A stretch of DNA of 64,000 nucleotides from an uncultured Verrucomicrobiae bacterium (GTDB lineage: Bacteria; Verrucomicrobiota; Verrucomicrobiia; Chthoniobacterales; JAATET01): the NCBI GenBank assembly GCA_963719495.1, contig CAVRCI010000013.1, positions 384,001 through 448,000 on the forward strand, read 5' to 3'. The position numbers were made by a program, and so were the translations under genes. The notes below the pieces were generated by a model. The model had not been told where the DNA came from. It made no database searches and saw nothing but the letters and a program-made list of their open reading frames with translations. Below, piece by piece: positions 49,445-57,745 of the stretch. The stretch's first letter is position 1, and every line of letters begins with the position of its first letter.

Positions 49445-49839
49445 TCTCACTCGACGCGAACTACCTCGTTGCCGCGATCGATCCAGCAACGTCTCAGCAT
49501 TTGGAAGTCATCGCCCTGCTTGCAGCTGGCGAAATGTTCTCGATGTCGGCGGTGGCCTGGGCCGAATTCCGATGTGGTAGTCAGGAGGGACTCACCTCCG
49601 AGGAAGAGGCGGCGGCCCACGCGATGCTGACTTCCATCGAGCCACTGACTACCGACGACGCCGAGACCGGAGCAGAACTTTTCAACGCAACCGGACGTCG
49701 GCAACGCTCACTCGCGGATTGTCTTGTCGCTGCCACCGCCATGCGTCTGGATCTCGCGTTGGCGACGTTCAATCAGCAGGATTTTTCGAGATTCACAACC
49801 CATGGTCTAGTGATCCACGAGCCGAGCGGAAAATTTTGA
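49441..49839 (+). CDS. vapC: PIN-domain toxin (VapC-like)
   Basis: LDANYL, AWAEF, LADCLVAATA, TFNQQDF motifs. Confidence 0.88.
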   Translation: MISLDANYLVAAIDPATSQHLEVIALLAAGEMFSMSAVAWAEFRCGSQEGLTSEEEAAAHAMLTSIEPLTTDDAETGAELFNATGRRQRSLADCLVAATAMRLDLALATFNQQDFSRFTTHGLVIHEPSGKF

Positions 49840-49964
49840 CCCATCGCCTTTCGCACTCGGAACCCTTAATCCGATCCTTCGCAGGCGACGTGGGCGATCA
49901 ACCGTCGATTGCGAAGCCGCGGCCTGGATTGGCTTCATCATCATCCGGAGAAATGGGGAAATGG

Positions 49965-50123
49965 GGGGTCAGGCGAGATCGCTCGAATGGCGAGTGGCGG
50001 TTGGATTTGCATCCGACGCGACGGCACGGTCGAACGATGCGGACCGGCGGGAAGCTCGGGGATAATTGGACGTGGCCAACGAGTGCAAGGAGGGCTTTCT
50101 GAACCAATGAACGGACTGACCCC
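49965..50123. mobile_element. Non-autonomous mini-element 2 bounded by GGGGTCAG...CTGACCCC
   Basis: Perfect 8-bp terminal inverted repeat; right end GGACTGACCCC matches the RAYT right end. Confidence 0.65.
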
Positions 50124-50207
50124 GGCGAGACCTTTTCCTCGGTTCCTACCGGCGCGGCTTGCGAGGGCGTTCGTCCACCGAGACCAACCGGGGGGTCAAA
50201 ATCCGAC

Positions 50208-51188
50208 TTAGGTCGAGAACCCGGACGGCCCGCGCGTTTGGCGGCGGCGGCGCATCCAGATCATCAAGCCAAGAGAACCGGAGATGACAAACGCGATCGT
50301 CGCCGGCTCGGGAACCGCGGTGAACGTGTGCAACCCGGACGTGAAAAACAAATCGTCGACCTTGCCATCGAAGGAGCTGTTATACGGGAAAACGGAACGT
50401 TCTCCCACGTGGAGCTTCCGCCGAGCATTCGAGATTGCGATGCTCTCGGAGAAAGCAACGGTGGCTAGCTTGGAGCCGTTCAAATAGAGCGTCGCCAGAT
50501 TTTCACCGGGGTTTTCCGCGTAGTCGTAGGCAAACCCGAAGTGATTCCATTCGCCGACGTTGATGGTTCCGACCGGAAGGAAGGCCGAATAGCGGGTCTC
50601 GTTGCCCTCGTTGGAGGCGCTATTGCCCCCGACTTGGATCTCGACCCGCCACTGGTAGGCATTTCCATTCCCGGCGTTCAGCGTTTTCAACAGCCCCAGA
50701 CCAAACGAGTATCCAGCCGAATACGTGCCGCGATCCATCACGACGACGCGCTGCTCGGCGGGATCGATGAGGTTAAAATTGATCCAGGCTCCGCCAGTGA
50801 AATCTTCACCGACGAGATCAAGGGCGTCGTCCGAGGTGTCGTCTGCGTTCCAATAAACGGACGAATTGTCGACCGCGCTCGATCCGCCGGTGGGCAGGTT
50901 CACTGAGTTTCCGTATCCCGAAGTGCCCGGTCGGTCGACCCCGGGAACGAAGCTTGGAGAATTCCCGGCGGACCCGGTCGCGAGTTCGCCGTCGTAGGTT
51001 GCTCCCGAGGCGGCCGAGTTGGCGACGGTCTCACCGGAGGTCTCGTCGAACTTCCAATTCAATTTATCCACCGCGATGCTGTCCGAGACGGGGCGCGCCA
51101 AATTGATGGCGGCGGCGCGGCAGACCAGAGGGTTCGTCAGCAAAGAAAAAGCCGCGACGGCGGAGAAGATGGTCGACTTGGGGTTCAT
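50208..51188 (-). CDS. LamG-like jellyroll protein with PEP-CTERM sorting signal
   Basis: Signal peptide; WKFDE, GEWNH, LYLNG, FDGKVDDL; VPEP + TM + RRRR. Confidence 0.88.
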   Translation of the reverse strand: MNPKSTIFSAVAAFSLLTNPLVCRAAAINLARPVSDSIAVDKLNWKFDETSGETVANSAASGATYDGELATGSAGNSPSFVPGVDRPGTSGYGNSVNLPTGGSSAVDNSSVYWNADDTSDDALDLVGEDFTGGAWINFNLIDPAEQRVVVMDRGTYSAGYSFGLGLLKTLNAGNGNAYQWRVEIQVGGNSASNEGNETRYSAFLPVGTINVGEWNHFGFAYDYAENPGENLATLYLNGSKLATVAFSESIAISNARRKLHVGERSVFPYNSSFDGKVDDLFFTSGLHTFTAVPEPATIAFVISGSLGLMIWMRRRRQTRGPSGFST

Positions 51189-51434
51189 TTAAATTTCGCT
51201 GATTGTCGACACGGCACCGCAGCCGATCCGTCGAGCCGTTTATCCAAAGTTCAGGCGACAGACCGTTGATCCATAAGCTCGTCCCTGCGGGTTTCCTGAC
51301 CGAAGGATGCGTGAAACATTGCTACCCTGTCAAGACTTCGTCGAGCCGTCGCAATGCGGCCGAATCAAATGCCGCAATCCCGGTGAAAGCTGGGTTTAAG
51401 AAGCGGATCGGAAAGGTGAAGGGTGAAGGGTCAG

Positions 51435-51514
51435 GGTGAAGGGTCAGTCCATACTTTTGACCTATCTCCCGAAAGGTGAAGGGTCAGTCCATACTTTTGA
51501 CCTATCTCCCGAAA
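51435..51514 (+). repeat. Exact 40-bp tandem duplication covering the left inverted repeat of the RAYT element
   Basis: GGTGAAGGGTCAGTCCATACTTTTGACCTATCTCCCGAAA x2. Confidence 0.92.
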
Positions 51515-52530
51515 GATGCCGGGGATCTCACGATTCAATCTCGCGCTTTTTCCGCCGAGCTTGCAGGAGGTTGCGCACCGTCCGCCACGACCCCATTTTC
51601 AACTCCCGCGCGATCCAGTCGATCGTCATCGGCGTCTGCGCTCGAAGAACCTCGGCAATCCCTGCTTTGACCGGATGCCCCTTGTTCTCCCGATTCAAAC
51701 GGGCCTCGTCCCAACCCACTTTAGCGAGCTCGCCATCGATGAGAGTCTTTGCGCGAGCCTCATCGCTTTCACGACGCTCGCTAGCCACGTGATTCCGAGC
51801 CGACGGCTTCGCTCGGGAGATCCATTCATCGATTCGATCCCGAAAATCCTCCGCCCCGTAGCGCCATCCAGTCCGAATCTGACGCCATTCGCTCGACTCT
51901 CCATCCGCGCGCCTTGCCTCAATTCGAGCAGAAAACTCCCGCCGCCCCTGGCGATCATCTTTCTCAATTCCGTGCTCGCCGAGCAGACGCGTCACCCTCA
52001 ACCACGTCGGTCGCTGGTCAGGATTTGCCAAATACTTCGGAAAACTGCTCCACGAATACGAATCCAACCGCTCGTCATCGGGGATTAGCCCCGCACGATC
52101 TGGATTGAGATGCACGTAGTCGCAGACCACTCGTAGATAATGATCACTGCTTTCATCGACCAGGATCGATTTATACCTCCCGGCAAACAAATGCCCGCTC
52201 TGCTTGTGGCGAACGTTGAATCGGATGGTGTAGGTGCCCAGTAGCCACTTCATCCCAAGCACGAGATTCGGCTGTGGTGTCTCAACGACCAAATGAAAAT
52301 GATTCTGCATCAGGCAGTAGGCATCGACGATCCAGCCACACTTCTTGCAAGTCGTCGCCAGCGTCTCAATGAACTGCTCGCGATCCTTCTCATCCCAAAA
52401 AGTACTCTCCCTTCGATCTCCGCGGCTCATCAAATGATACCGCGCACCTCCGTATTCAACCCGCAATGGTCTCGCCATTCCCGATCATTTCCCACCGGAG
52501 TCAGACCTGTCAATAGTATGGACTGACCCC
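51481..52530. mobile_element. HUH/Y1 (RAYT-type) element with 21-bp terminal inverted repeats
   Basis: GGGTCAGTCCATACTTTTGAC (51481-51501) vs reverse complement of 52509-52529, 20/21 identical. Confidence 0.85.
51528..52478 (-). CDS. REP-associated tyrosine transposase-like protein (Y1_Tnp) with C-terminal HTH extension
   Basis: MARPLR.E....YH...RG, YCLMQNHFHL (HUH), GHLFAGRYKS, catalytic Tyr in YVHLNP. Confidence 0.92.
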   Translation of the reverse strand: MARPLRVEYGGARYHLMSRGDRRESTFWDEKDREQFIETLATTCKKCGWIVDAYCLMQNHFHLVVETPQPNLVLGMKWLLGTYTIRFNVRHKQSGHLFAGRYKSILVDESSDHYLRVVCDYVHLNPDRAGLIPDDERLDSYSWSSFPKYLANPDQRPTWLRVTRLLGEHGIEKDDRQGRREFSARIEARRADGESSEWRQIRTGWRYGAEDFRDRIDEWISRAKPSARNHVASERRESDEARAKTLIDGELAKVGWDEARLNRENKGHPVKAGIAEVLRAQTPMTIDWIARELKMGSWRTVRNLLQARRKKREIES

Positions 52531-52716
52531 TCTAACTCTAACCTCTAACTGACCCCTCTACTCTCACATCTCCCCCCTGTCTGCCGGCACCCCAAAATGA
52601 GAACTGCTGCGTTGGCGCGGGACTTGAGTCGGATTACGCACCGAGGAAAGCGCCGTTGCAGGCTCGGAATCACGTTGCGAGTTGCGTAAAACAAAACTTT
52701 GCGATACGGTTTGGAG

Positions 52717-54165
52717 ATGGCTCGAGCTATCGCTATCGTTCTCGGGTTGCTCGTCGTTCCGCTGACAGCTCTGGACGCGATCTCCCAAACTGTTCCGGGC
52801 GTCTACGTGACGGAGGTCGGTCCCCCGCCGTCGGTCGTCGGATTGTCGACGTCGCAGACCGCCATCGTCGGGCGCTTCGCGAAGGGTCCCGTGAACGTAT
52901 CCGTAAACGTGACTTCAGCTGAGTTTCTGACGGAATTTGGTTCGGGCGGGAGTGCGGGCGAGTTGGCGACGTATCCGGCAGAGGTGCAGGCTAGGCTCTA
53001 TTTTGCCAACGGCGGGAGCGAACTTCAGGTCGTCCGGCTGCCTCCCAAGATGCCGCTGCCGGAAGCGCTGCTGGGCGAGGCGGAGAAGTTGACCGGACTC
53101 TACGCGCTGGAGCCGAGCAGTGATTTGCGGATCTTGCTGGCACCCGAGATCAGCACTCTTGGCGCGGTAAATTTTGCGACGGTGTTCCCGATTTACCTCC
53201 AGTTTGCCACGGAGCGCGGTGTGTTTTTCATCGTGGACCCGCCACCGACGGCGACCACGGTGGACGCGGCGATCGACTGGGCGAGCGCCTCGATCCCGGT
53301 CGATGCTGCGGCGTGTGCGGCGTATTTCCCATCTCTGTTGGTGACCTTTCCGGGACTGGACGTGCCGCACATCACCGCGCCAACGAGCGGGTCGATGGCC
53401 GGGATTTTTGTGACCAACGACGCGAACGTCGGCATCTGGAACCAACCGGCGGGAACGTCGCTGTCAACGAATGCGCTGGGAGTGACACTGACCTTGGACG
53501 CGGCAGACGGGGCGAGATTGAACGACGGGGCGATCAATTGGATCCGAGACATCGAGGGATTTGGGGTCGTCCCGTGGGGTTCCCGCACGCTGGACCGGTC
53601 GAATCTCGCAAACCGCGAAATCGGCGCCGTCCGTTTCCTGGGCTGGACGATGGCTTCGATCCAACGCTCTTTGGCCTTTGCCGCTTACGAAGAAAACGAT
53701 GTTGCGCTCTGGCTCGATATCCGCAGTTCGGTAAGCGCCTTCTTCAACGATCTCTGGCAGTCCGGAGCCTTGGAGGGGGAGACGGCGGAAGAATCCTACA
53801 CCGTGACCTGCGACGCAACCACAACGTCTCCGGCTGACGTCGCAGCCCACCGCGTGAATCTCGACTACGAACTCCAGTTGGACGGCCCGGTGAGCCGATC
53901 GCTGACGGCGATGACGCTGGACCCCGACGCGCCGGTGCCGCGACCGCAGGTTTATCTGATCGGATTCCCGTCGGTGCCTCGGCTGACCTTCGACACGGTG
54001 CCGGGATTTAAATACACGGTCGAAACCGACGAGGGGATGTCGACCGAAGAATGGGAACCCCTCGCCCCCGTCTTCTCCGGGTATGACGGCTGGCGGCACG
54101 TAACCATCCCCGCATTGGCAACGGCGGAGTTCTACCGAGTGCAAGTCGCAACTGGGAATCCCTGA
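52717..54165 (+). CDS. Contractile tail sheath family protein with N-terminal signal peptide and non-sheath C-terminal beta domain
   Basis: PGVYVTE, TAIVG...KGP, YFANGG, AAYFP, GIWNQPAG, INWIR, WGSRTL, FEEN-like YEEND, LWQSGAL.G, CDATTT. Confidence 0.82.
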   Translation: MARAIAIVLGLLVVPLTALDAISQTVPGVYVTEVGPPPSVVGLSTSQTAIVGRFAKGPVNVSVNVTSAEFLTEFGSGGSAGELATYPAEVQARLYFANGGSELQVVRLPPKMPLPEALLGEAEKLTGLYALEPSSDLRILLAPEISTLGAVNFATVFPIYLQFATERGVFFIVDPPPTATTVDAAIDWASASIPVDAAACAAYFPSLLVTFPGLDVPHITAPTSGSMAGIFVTNDANVGIWNQPAGTSLSTNALGVTLTLDAADGARLNDGAINWIRDIEGFGVVPWGSRTLDRSNLANREIGAVRFLGWTMASIQRSLAFAAYEENDVALWLDIRSSVSAFFNDLWQSGALEGETAEESYTVTCDATTTSPADVAAHRVNLDYELQLDGPVSRSLTAMTLDPDAPVPRPQVYLIGFPSVPRLTFDTVPGFKYTVETDEGMSTEEWEPLAPVFSGYDGWRHVTIPALATAEFYRVQVATGNP

Positions 54166-54253
54166 CGACAAAATGCCATCACTCCGACGACCAGCGGAGC
54201 GATGACGGATTGTGCCGTCGGAGTACTGGGAATACTTAGTACTGGGACTACTG

Positions 54254-54440
54254 GGGGTGAGTGTGCAAAAGCAAATTTTTAGTTCTCAACATCTACGCTA
54301 CGCACCCACTTGACGAATTCTTCCGGCACCTTGCGCAATCTCGTCACTGCATCCGAAATTCCATGCTGCTGTCCGGCGTTTGCCGCGCTTTTCATTTCCA
54401 TTCGATCGCGATCCACCCGGCTAATGGGAAGCGCGCCTGT
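54254..54440 (-). pseudogene. 3' remnant of a second RAYT-type gene with its GGGGTGAG terminal motif
   Basis: Frameshifted WIA/DRMEMKSAANAGQQ...EN* resembles the WIARELKMGS HTH of the intact copy; same gene/end geometry. Confidence 0.5.
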
Positions 54441-54655
54441 ATCCCGAAGAGATTCTATCCTGTCACGCTGATACAACCGTCTTCGGGGTTGGTTCTTTCG
54501 TTGGCTCCCATCCCAGGGTAGCCCGCGCGACGGGCAACCCTGAGCTGAACGATTCAACGCCGGTTGCGTTGGCGTTCCCTCGGTCGAATTCCCGACCAGC
54601 TTTCCATCACTCCCGCCATCGCGAGGGAGCGATTTTAAGCGTAAGAGAGAAGTGA

Positions 54656-55078
54656 TTACGCCGATAGATGCAGGAAGTTCAGGCCGGGGAAGCGGGTGAA
54701 GTCGGCGTCGAAGGAGACGAGGCGGCAACCGCCGGCGAGGGCGAAGGCGGCGAGGTAAGCGTCCGTCCAGAGGCGATGGGGAAAATGCGGGACGGTTGTC
54801 AGGTTGTAGAATTGGTTTTGAAGACCAGTGGGTTCATCCAGATAGAGATGATGGGGATGTTTCAAAAATTGGTGATAGATGTCCCAAATTTCCGGGTTGG
54901 ATAGCGGGCCATGTAAGACTCCCGGCACGGTGCCGATGCGCAGGAAACCCATCATGGTCACACGACAAAACGCCTTTTTGGTTCCCGGATTTTTCTCCCA
55001 ATAATCCACAGCGCCCGCGTGGAGGCTGTGATTTTCATCAATAACGGCGAGCCAAAGGTTGATGTCCGGCAAATCCAT
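54656..55078 (-). CDS. vapC: VapC-family PIN ribonuclease toxin
   Basis: LPDINLW, GFLRI, TDAYLAAFA, VSFDADF.RFPGL motifs. Confidence 0.9.
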   Translation of the reverse strand: MDLPDINLWLAVIDENHSLHAGAVDYWEKNPGTKKAFCRVTMMGFLRIGTVPGVLHGPLSNPEIWDIYHQFLKHPHHLYLDEPTGLQNQFYNLTTVPHFPHRLWTDAYLAAFALAGGCRLVSFDADFTRFPGLNFLHLSA

Positions 55079-55384
55079 TCAGGATTTCCTTTGGGATTCT
55101 TCGATCACCCGCCGATGTCCGGCGAGGTCTTCTTCCTCGAGCATGGCGAAGAGTTCCGCATTCGTCCGATAAGGAGTCGGAGGCGCGCCGGGTACGCGCT
55201 CAAAGGCTACGGGGAGCGGATATGGATTTTCAGGCGGAATCGCCCTTGCTGGCTGGTCCAGGGAACCCCGCAAACCGGCTTCGATGTAGGTCGCAAAAAG
55301 GTCTTTGAGCGTGACCCCTTGCTGGACGGCGCGGGTTTTCACTTTTTTGAAGAGCGCGTCCGGTAAATCAAGGGTCGTTCTCAT
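55079..55384 (-). CDS. VapB-like RHH antitoxin
   Basis: MRTTLDLPDALFKKVKTRA...TLKDL; abuts the toxin. Confidence 0.85.
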   Translation of the reverse strand: MRTTLDLPDALFKKVKTRAVQQGVTLKDLFATYIEAGLRGSLDQPARAIPPENPYPLPVAFERVPGAPPTPYRTNAELFAMLEEEDLAGHRRVIEESQRKS

Positions 55385-55474
55385 CATTGAGATGATAGCG
55401 TGAAAATGCGGAAATGGAAAGATGCGTTTACGCGAATAGGAGGCTGGAGCCGCCCGGGAAAGGGTCAAGGGCAA

Positions 55475-55566
55475 GGGTCAGTCCGTTCATTGGTTCGGAA
55501 TCGCCCGCCCGAAGGACCCACAGATTCCGCAGCACGCCCTTTCGAACCAAGCCACGGCTTGACACC
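55475..55566. mobile_element. Non-autonomous mini-element 3
   Basis: Left end GGGTCAGTCCGTTCATTGGTTC is the reverse complement of the 50101-50122 end; degenerate right end at 55541-55566. Confidence 0.6.
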
Positions 55567-55659
55567 AAGGTCTATTTTTCTGTGGGCGTGAGCCGTTGAG
55601 CAGGAGGAGAGCTGGTTTTTGGTAAACAAAAAGAGCGAATGCCGATGGGATGGAGTGGG

Positions 55660-56700
55660 ATGAAAGACACCCCACCATCGAAGAAGCGGCAGAAGTTGGA
55701 AGCACGAGTGGCCACGGCGCAAGAAGTGGCCAGTTTTGACGAGAGTCTAAGGGAGCATCATTATTTGGGGGCGGGGCGGGCGGTGGGTGATAGCCGGCGG
55801 CTGATTGTGGAGATCGAAGGCCGGGCGGTGGCCCTGCTGGTGTGGGGACCGAGCTGCTACGCGCTCAAGGATCGGGATCTGTGGATTGGCTGGAGCGCGC
55901 CGCAGCGCGTGGAACGGCTCAAGTTGATCGTGCAGAACCGCCGCTTTCTGGTGCTCGCGGCCAAGGGCTAGGAGCCCAATCTGGCCAGCGCGGCGATGGG
56001 AGCGGCGTTGCGGGCCTTGCCAGGACAATGGCTGGAGCGCTTTGGCTACCGGCCACTTTTGGCGGAAAGTTTCACCGACCCGGAGAGCCACGCGGGCACC
56101 TGTTATCGTGGCCAGCAACTGGGCGGCGGTGGGAATGAGGGAGGGATACAGTCGGCACCGGGCGGATTTTTACATCCCCAACGAACGGCCCAAGAAATTC
56201 TGGCTGCGAGAGTTGGAGGTCGGTGACCGCGCGCGGCTGCGGGCCTGCGAGTTGCCGCCCGAGTGCCGGGGTGCGCTCATCGCCGCGCCGGGTGGACTGA
56301 CCCTCGCCCAGCACGAAGACGGCTCCCCCCAAGCCATCGCCGTCTACGACCAGAAAGAAGGCACCCAGCGCTGCGAGCAAAGCGCCGCCCTGGCCCTGCT
56401 CGAAAGCCTGCCCGCCTTGGGCGGAAAAATCGTCACCGCCGACCCCCTTCACTGCCAGAAGAAAACCGCTCGGGCCATCGTGGAAAAAAGCGGCGACTAC
56501 CTCTTCGGCATCGAAGGCAATCAACCCACCCTGCTGGCCCACGCCGAAGGCTTCGACGCCTTGGAGAGCCCCCCCTTTTAACCCACACCCAAGCCGGACG
56601 CGGCCGCATCGAAGTGCGTTCCCTCCACGCCTTCACCTTCGAAGCCACCACCGCCGACTTCCCCTTCGCCCCCACCCTCATTGTCCTGCGCTCCGAGCGA
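55660..56700 (+). pseudogene. Decayed DUF4338 (DruA-like)/ISAs1-family transposase
   Basis: HHYLG, RD.WIGW, N.RFL, ESFTDP...GTCY then TADPLHCQ, DYLF...GNQPTL, GRIEVR; in-frame TAG at 55969-55971, frameshifts, apparent internal deletion. Confidence 0.8.
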
Positions 56701-56910
56701 TTCCAGACCGGGGAATTTGCCCTCCGGATGGACCTTTCGAAGCTATCATCGGACCGGCTCCGGATCCGCGTTCTGACTCGCGTCAGCATCGGGAGCAATC
56801 TCGCCGCGTCTGGCCGGTGGGCCGAACGCGTTGGATTGGTGGAATCGGATCGAACCGGAAAGCCCCAATCGAAGACGATTCCGAGTCATGGAGGGCGCGT
56901 CGCTCCTGAC

Positions 56911-57145
56911 TTATCCACACTCTTATGGATTAATTTTTTGGATGGGTCCGATTTCTTAATAATCTTAATGCTGTGAACAAGTCGGGAAAACCCTGTTCCC
57001 CACCCCAACCAAGCCTGTTCCACGGCCATTTTGCCATGTGAATGAATTTCGATCCATCCGTCGGGCTTGGGCAAAACCGAGGGTCGCGGCGGCTTTCGGC
57101 TCATTCGTTCAGACCGACTCCCGAGTTGTTCACAAACCATTCACC
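56911..57145. promoter_or_regulatory. DnaA-box cluster with AT-rich tract (candidate oriC)
   Basis: TTATCCACA 56911-56919; TGTGAACAA 56972-56980; TGTGAATGA 57037-57045; TTGTTCACA 57126-57134; AT-rich 56923-56970. Confidence 0.6.
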
Positions 57146-57161
57146 CGGCGGGAAGGTCACT

Positions 57162-57698
57162 CTACTTCACGTATTGCGCGACAATGAGGGTCGAGAAATT
57201 GGTGCTCATGACCTTCGTCTGTCCCTTGATCGCACTGGTCGTCTTGCCCTTGCTGGCCTTGATGCCGATGATCGTGGCCTGGCCGCCGGAGAGGGCGCCG
57301 GATGCCGAGTAGTTGAAGCGGCGGAACTTGCGCAGGCCGATGTCGACGCCTTCCTGGACCGCGATCTCGACGGTCACGTTCGATCCTGAGAACGAACCTG
57401 AGACGTCGGCGCGGGAATCGTCGATGCGGGTCGAATGGGCGAAGGAGGATCCCGGCGAGATCCCGATGCTCTGGGCGAAGACGACCTTGCCGCCGCGAAT
57501 GGCGGAATCCTTGGACTCGACGCTGTCGGAGTCGGTGATTTTGAAGAGGTCGGCTCCGGCGAAGGCGGTGGCCTGCTCGTTGGCGTCGCGGGCGTCGCCG
57601 TATTGAATGACCGCGATGTCGAGGCGTCCAGCGGAGGCGTTCGATGGAACGAGGGCGGCGGTGGCGAGGAGGAGGCAGCTGAGGAAGGAGATTCGCAT
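57162..57698 (-). CDS. Hypothetical exported protein
   Basis: Signal peptide (…NASA|G); beta-rich; codon usage typical of the genome. Confidence 0.7.
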   Translation of the reverse strand: MRISFLSCLLLATAALVPSNASAGRLDIAVIQYGDARDANEQATAFAGADLFKITDSDSVESKDSAIRGGKVVFAQSIGISPGSSFAHSTRIDDSRADVSGSFSGSNVTVEIAVQEGVDIGLRKFRRFNYSASGALSGGQATIIGIKASKGKTTSAIKGQTKVMSTNFSTLIVAQYVK

Positions 57699-57745
57699 GA
57701 GCAAAGGCTTTCCAGAAGGCTCCGAACCATGCAACTGAATTCCCC

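Noticed and set aside
51415..51514. Direct repeats that could suggest a CRISPR array
   Set aside because: Only two abutting 40-bp copies with no spacers and no cas genes; they duplicate the RAYT inverted-repeat end.
52717..54165. Prophage, T6SS or eCIS locus
   Set aside because: A single sheath-like gene with no tube, baseplate, capsid, terminase or integrase genes in the window.
48931..55566. Classical integron
   Set aside because: No tyrosine-recombinase IntI, no recognisable attC sites, and cargo is in mixed orientation.
55660..56226. Druantia anti-phage system
   Set aside because: The DUF4338-like part is interrupted and fused to ISAs1 transposase motifs; no other dru genes are present.
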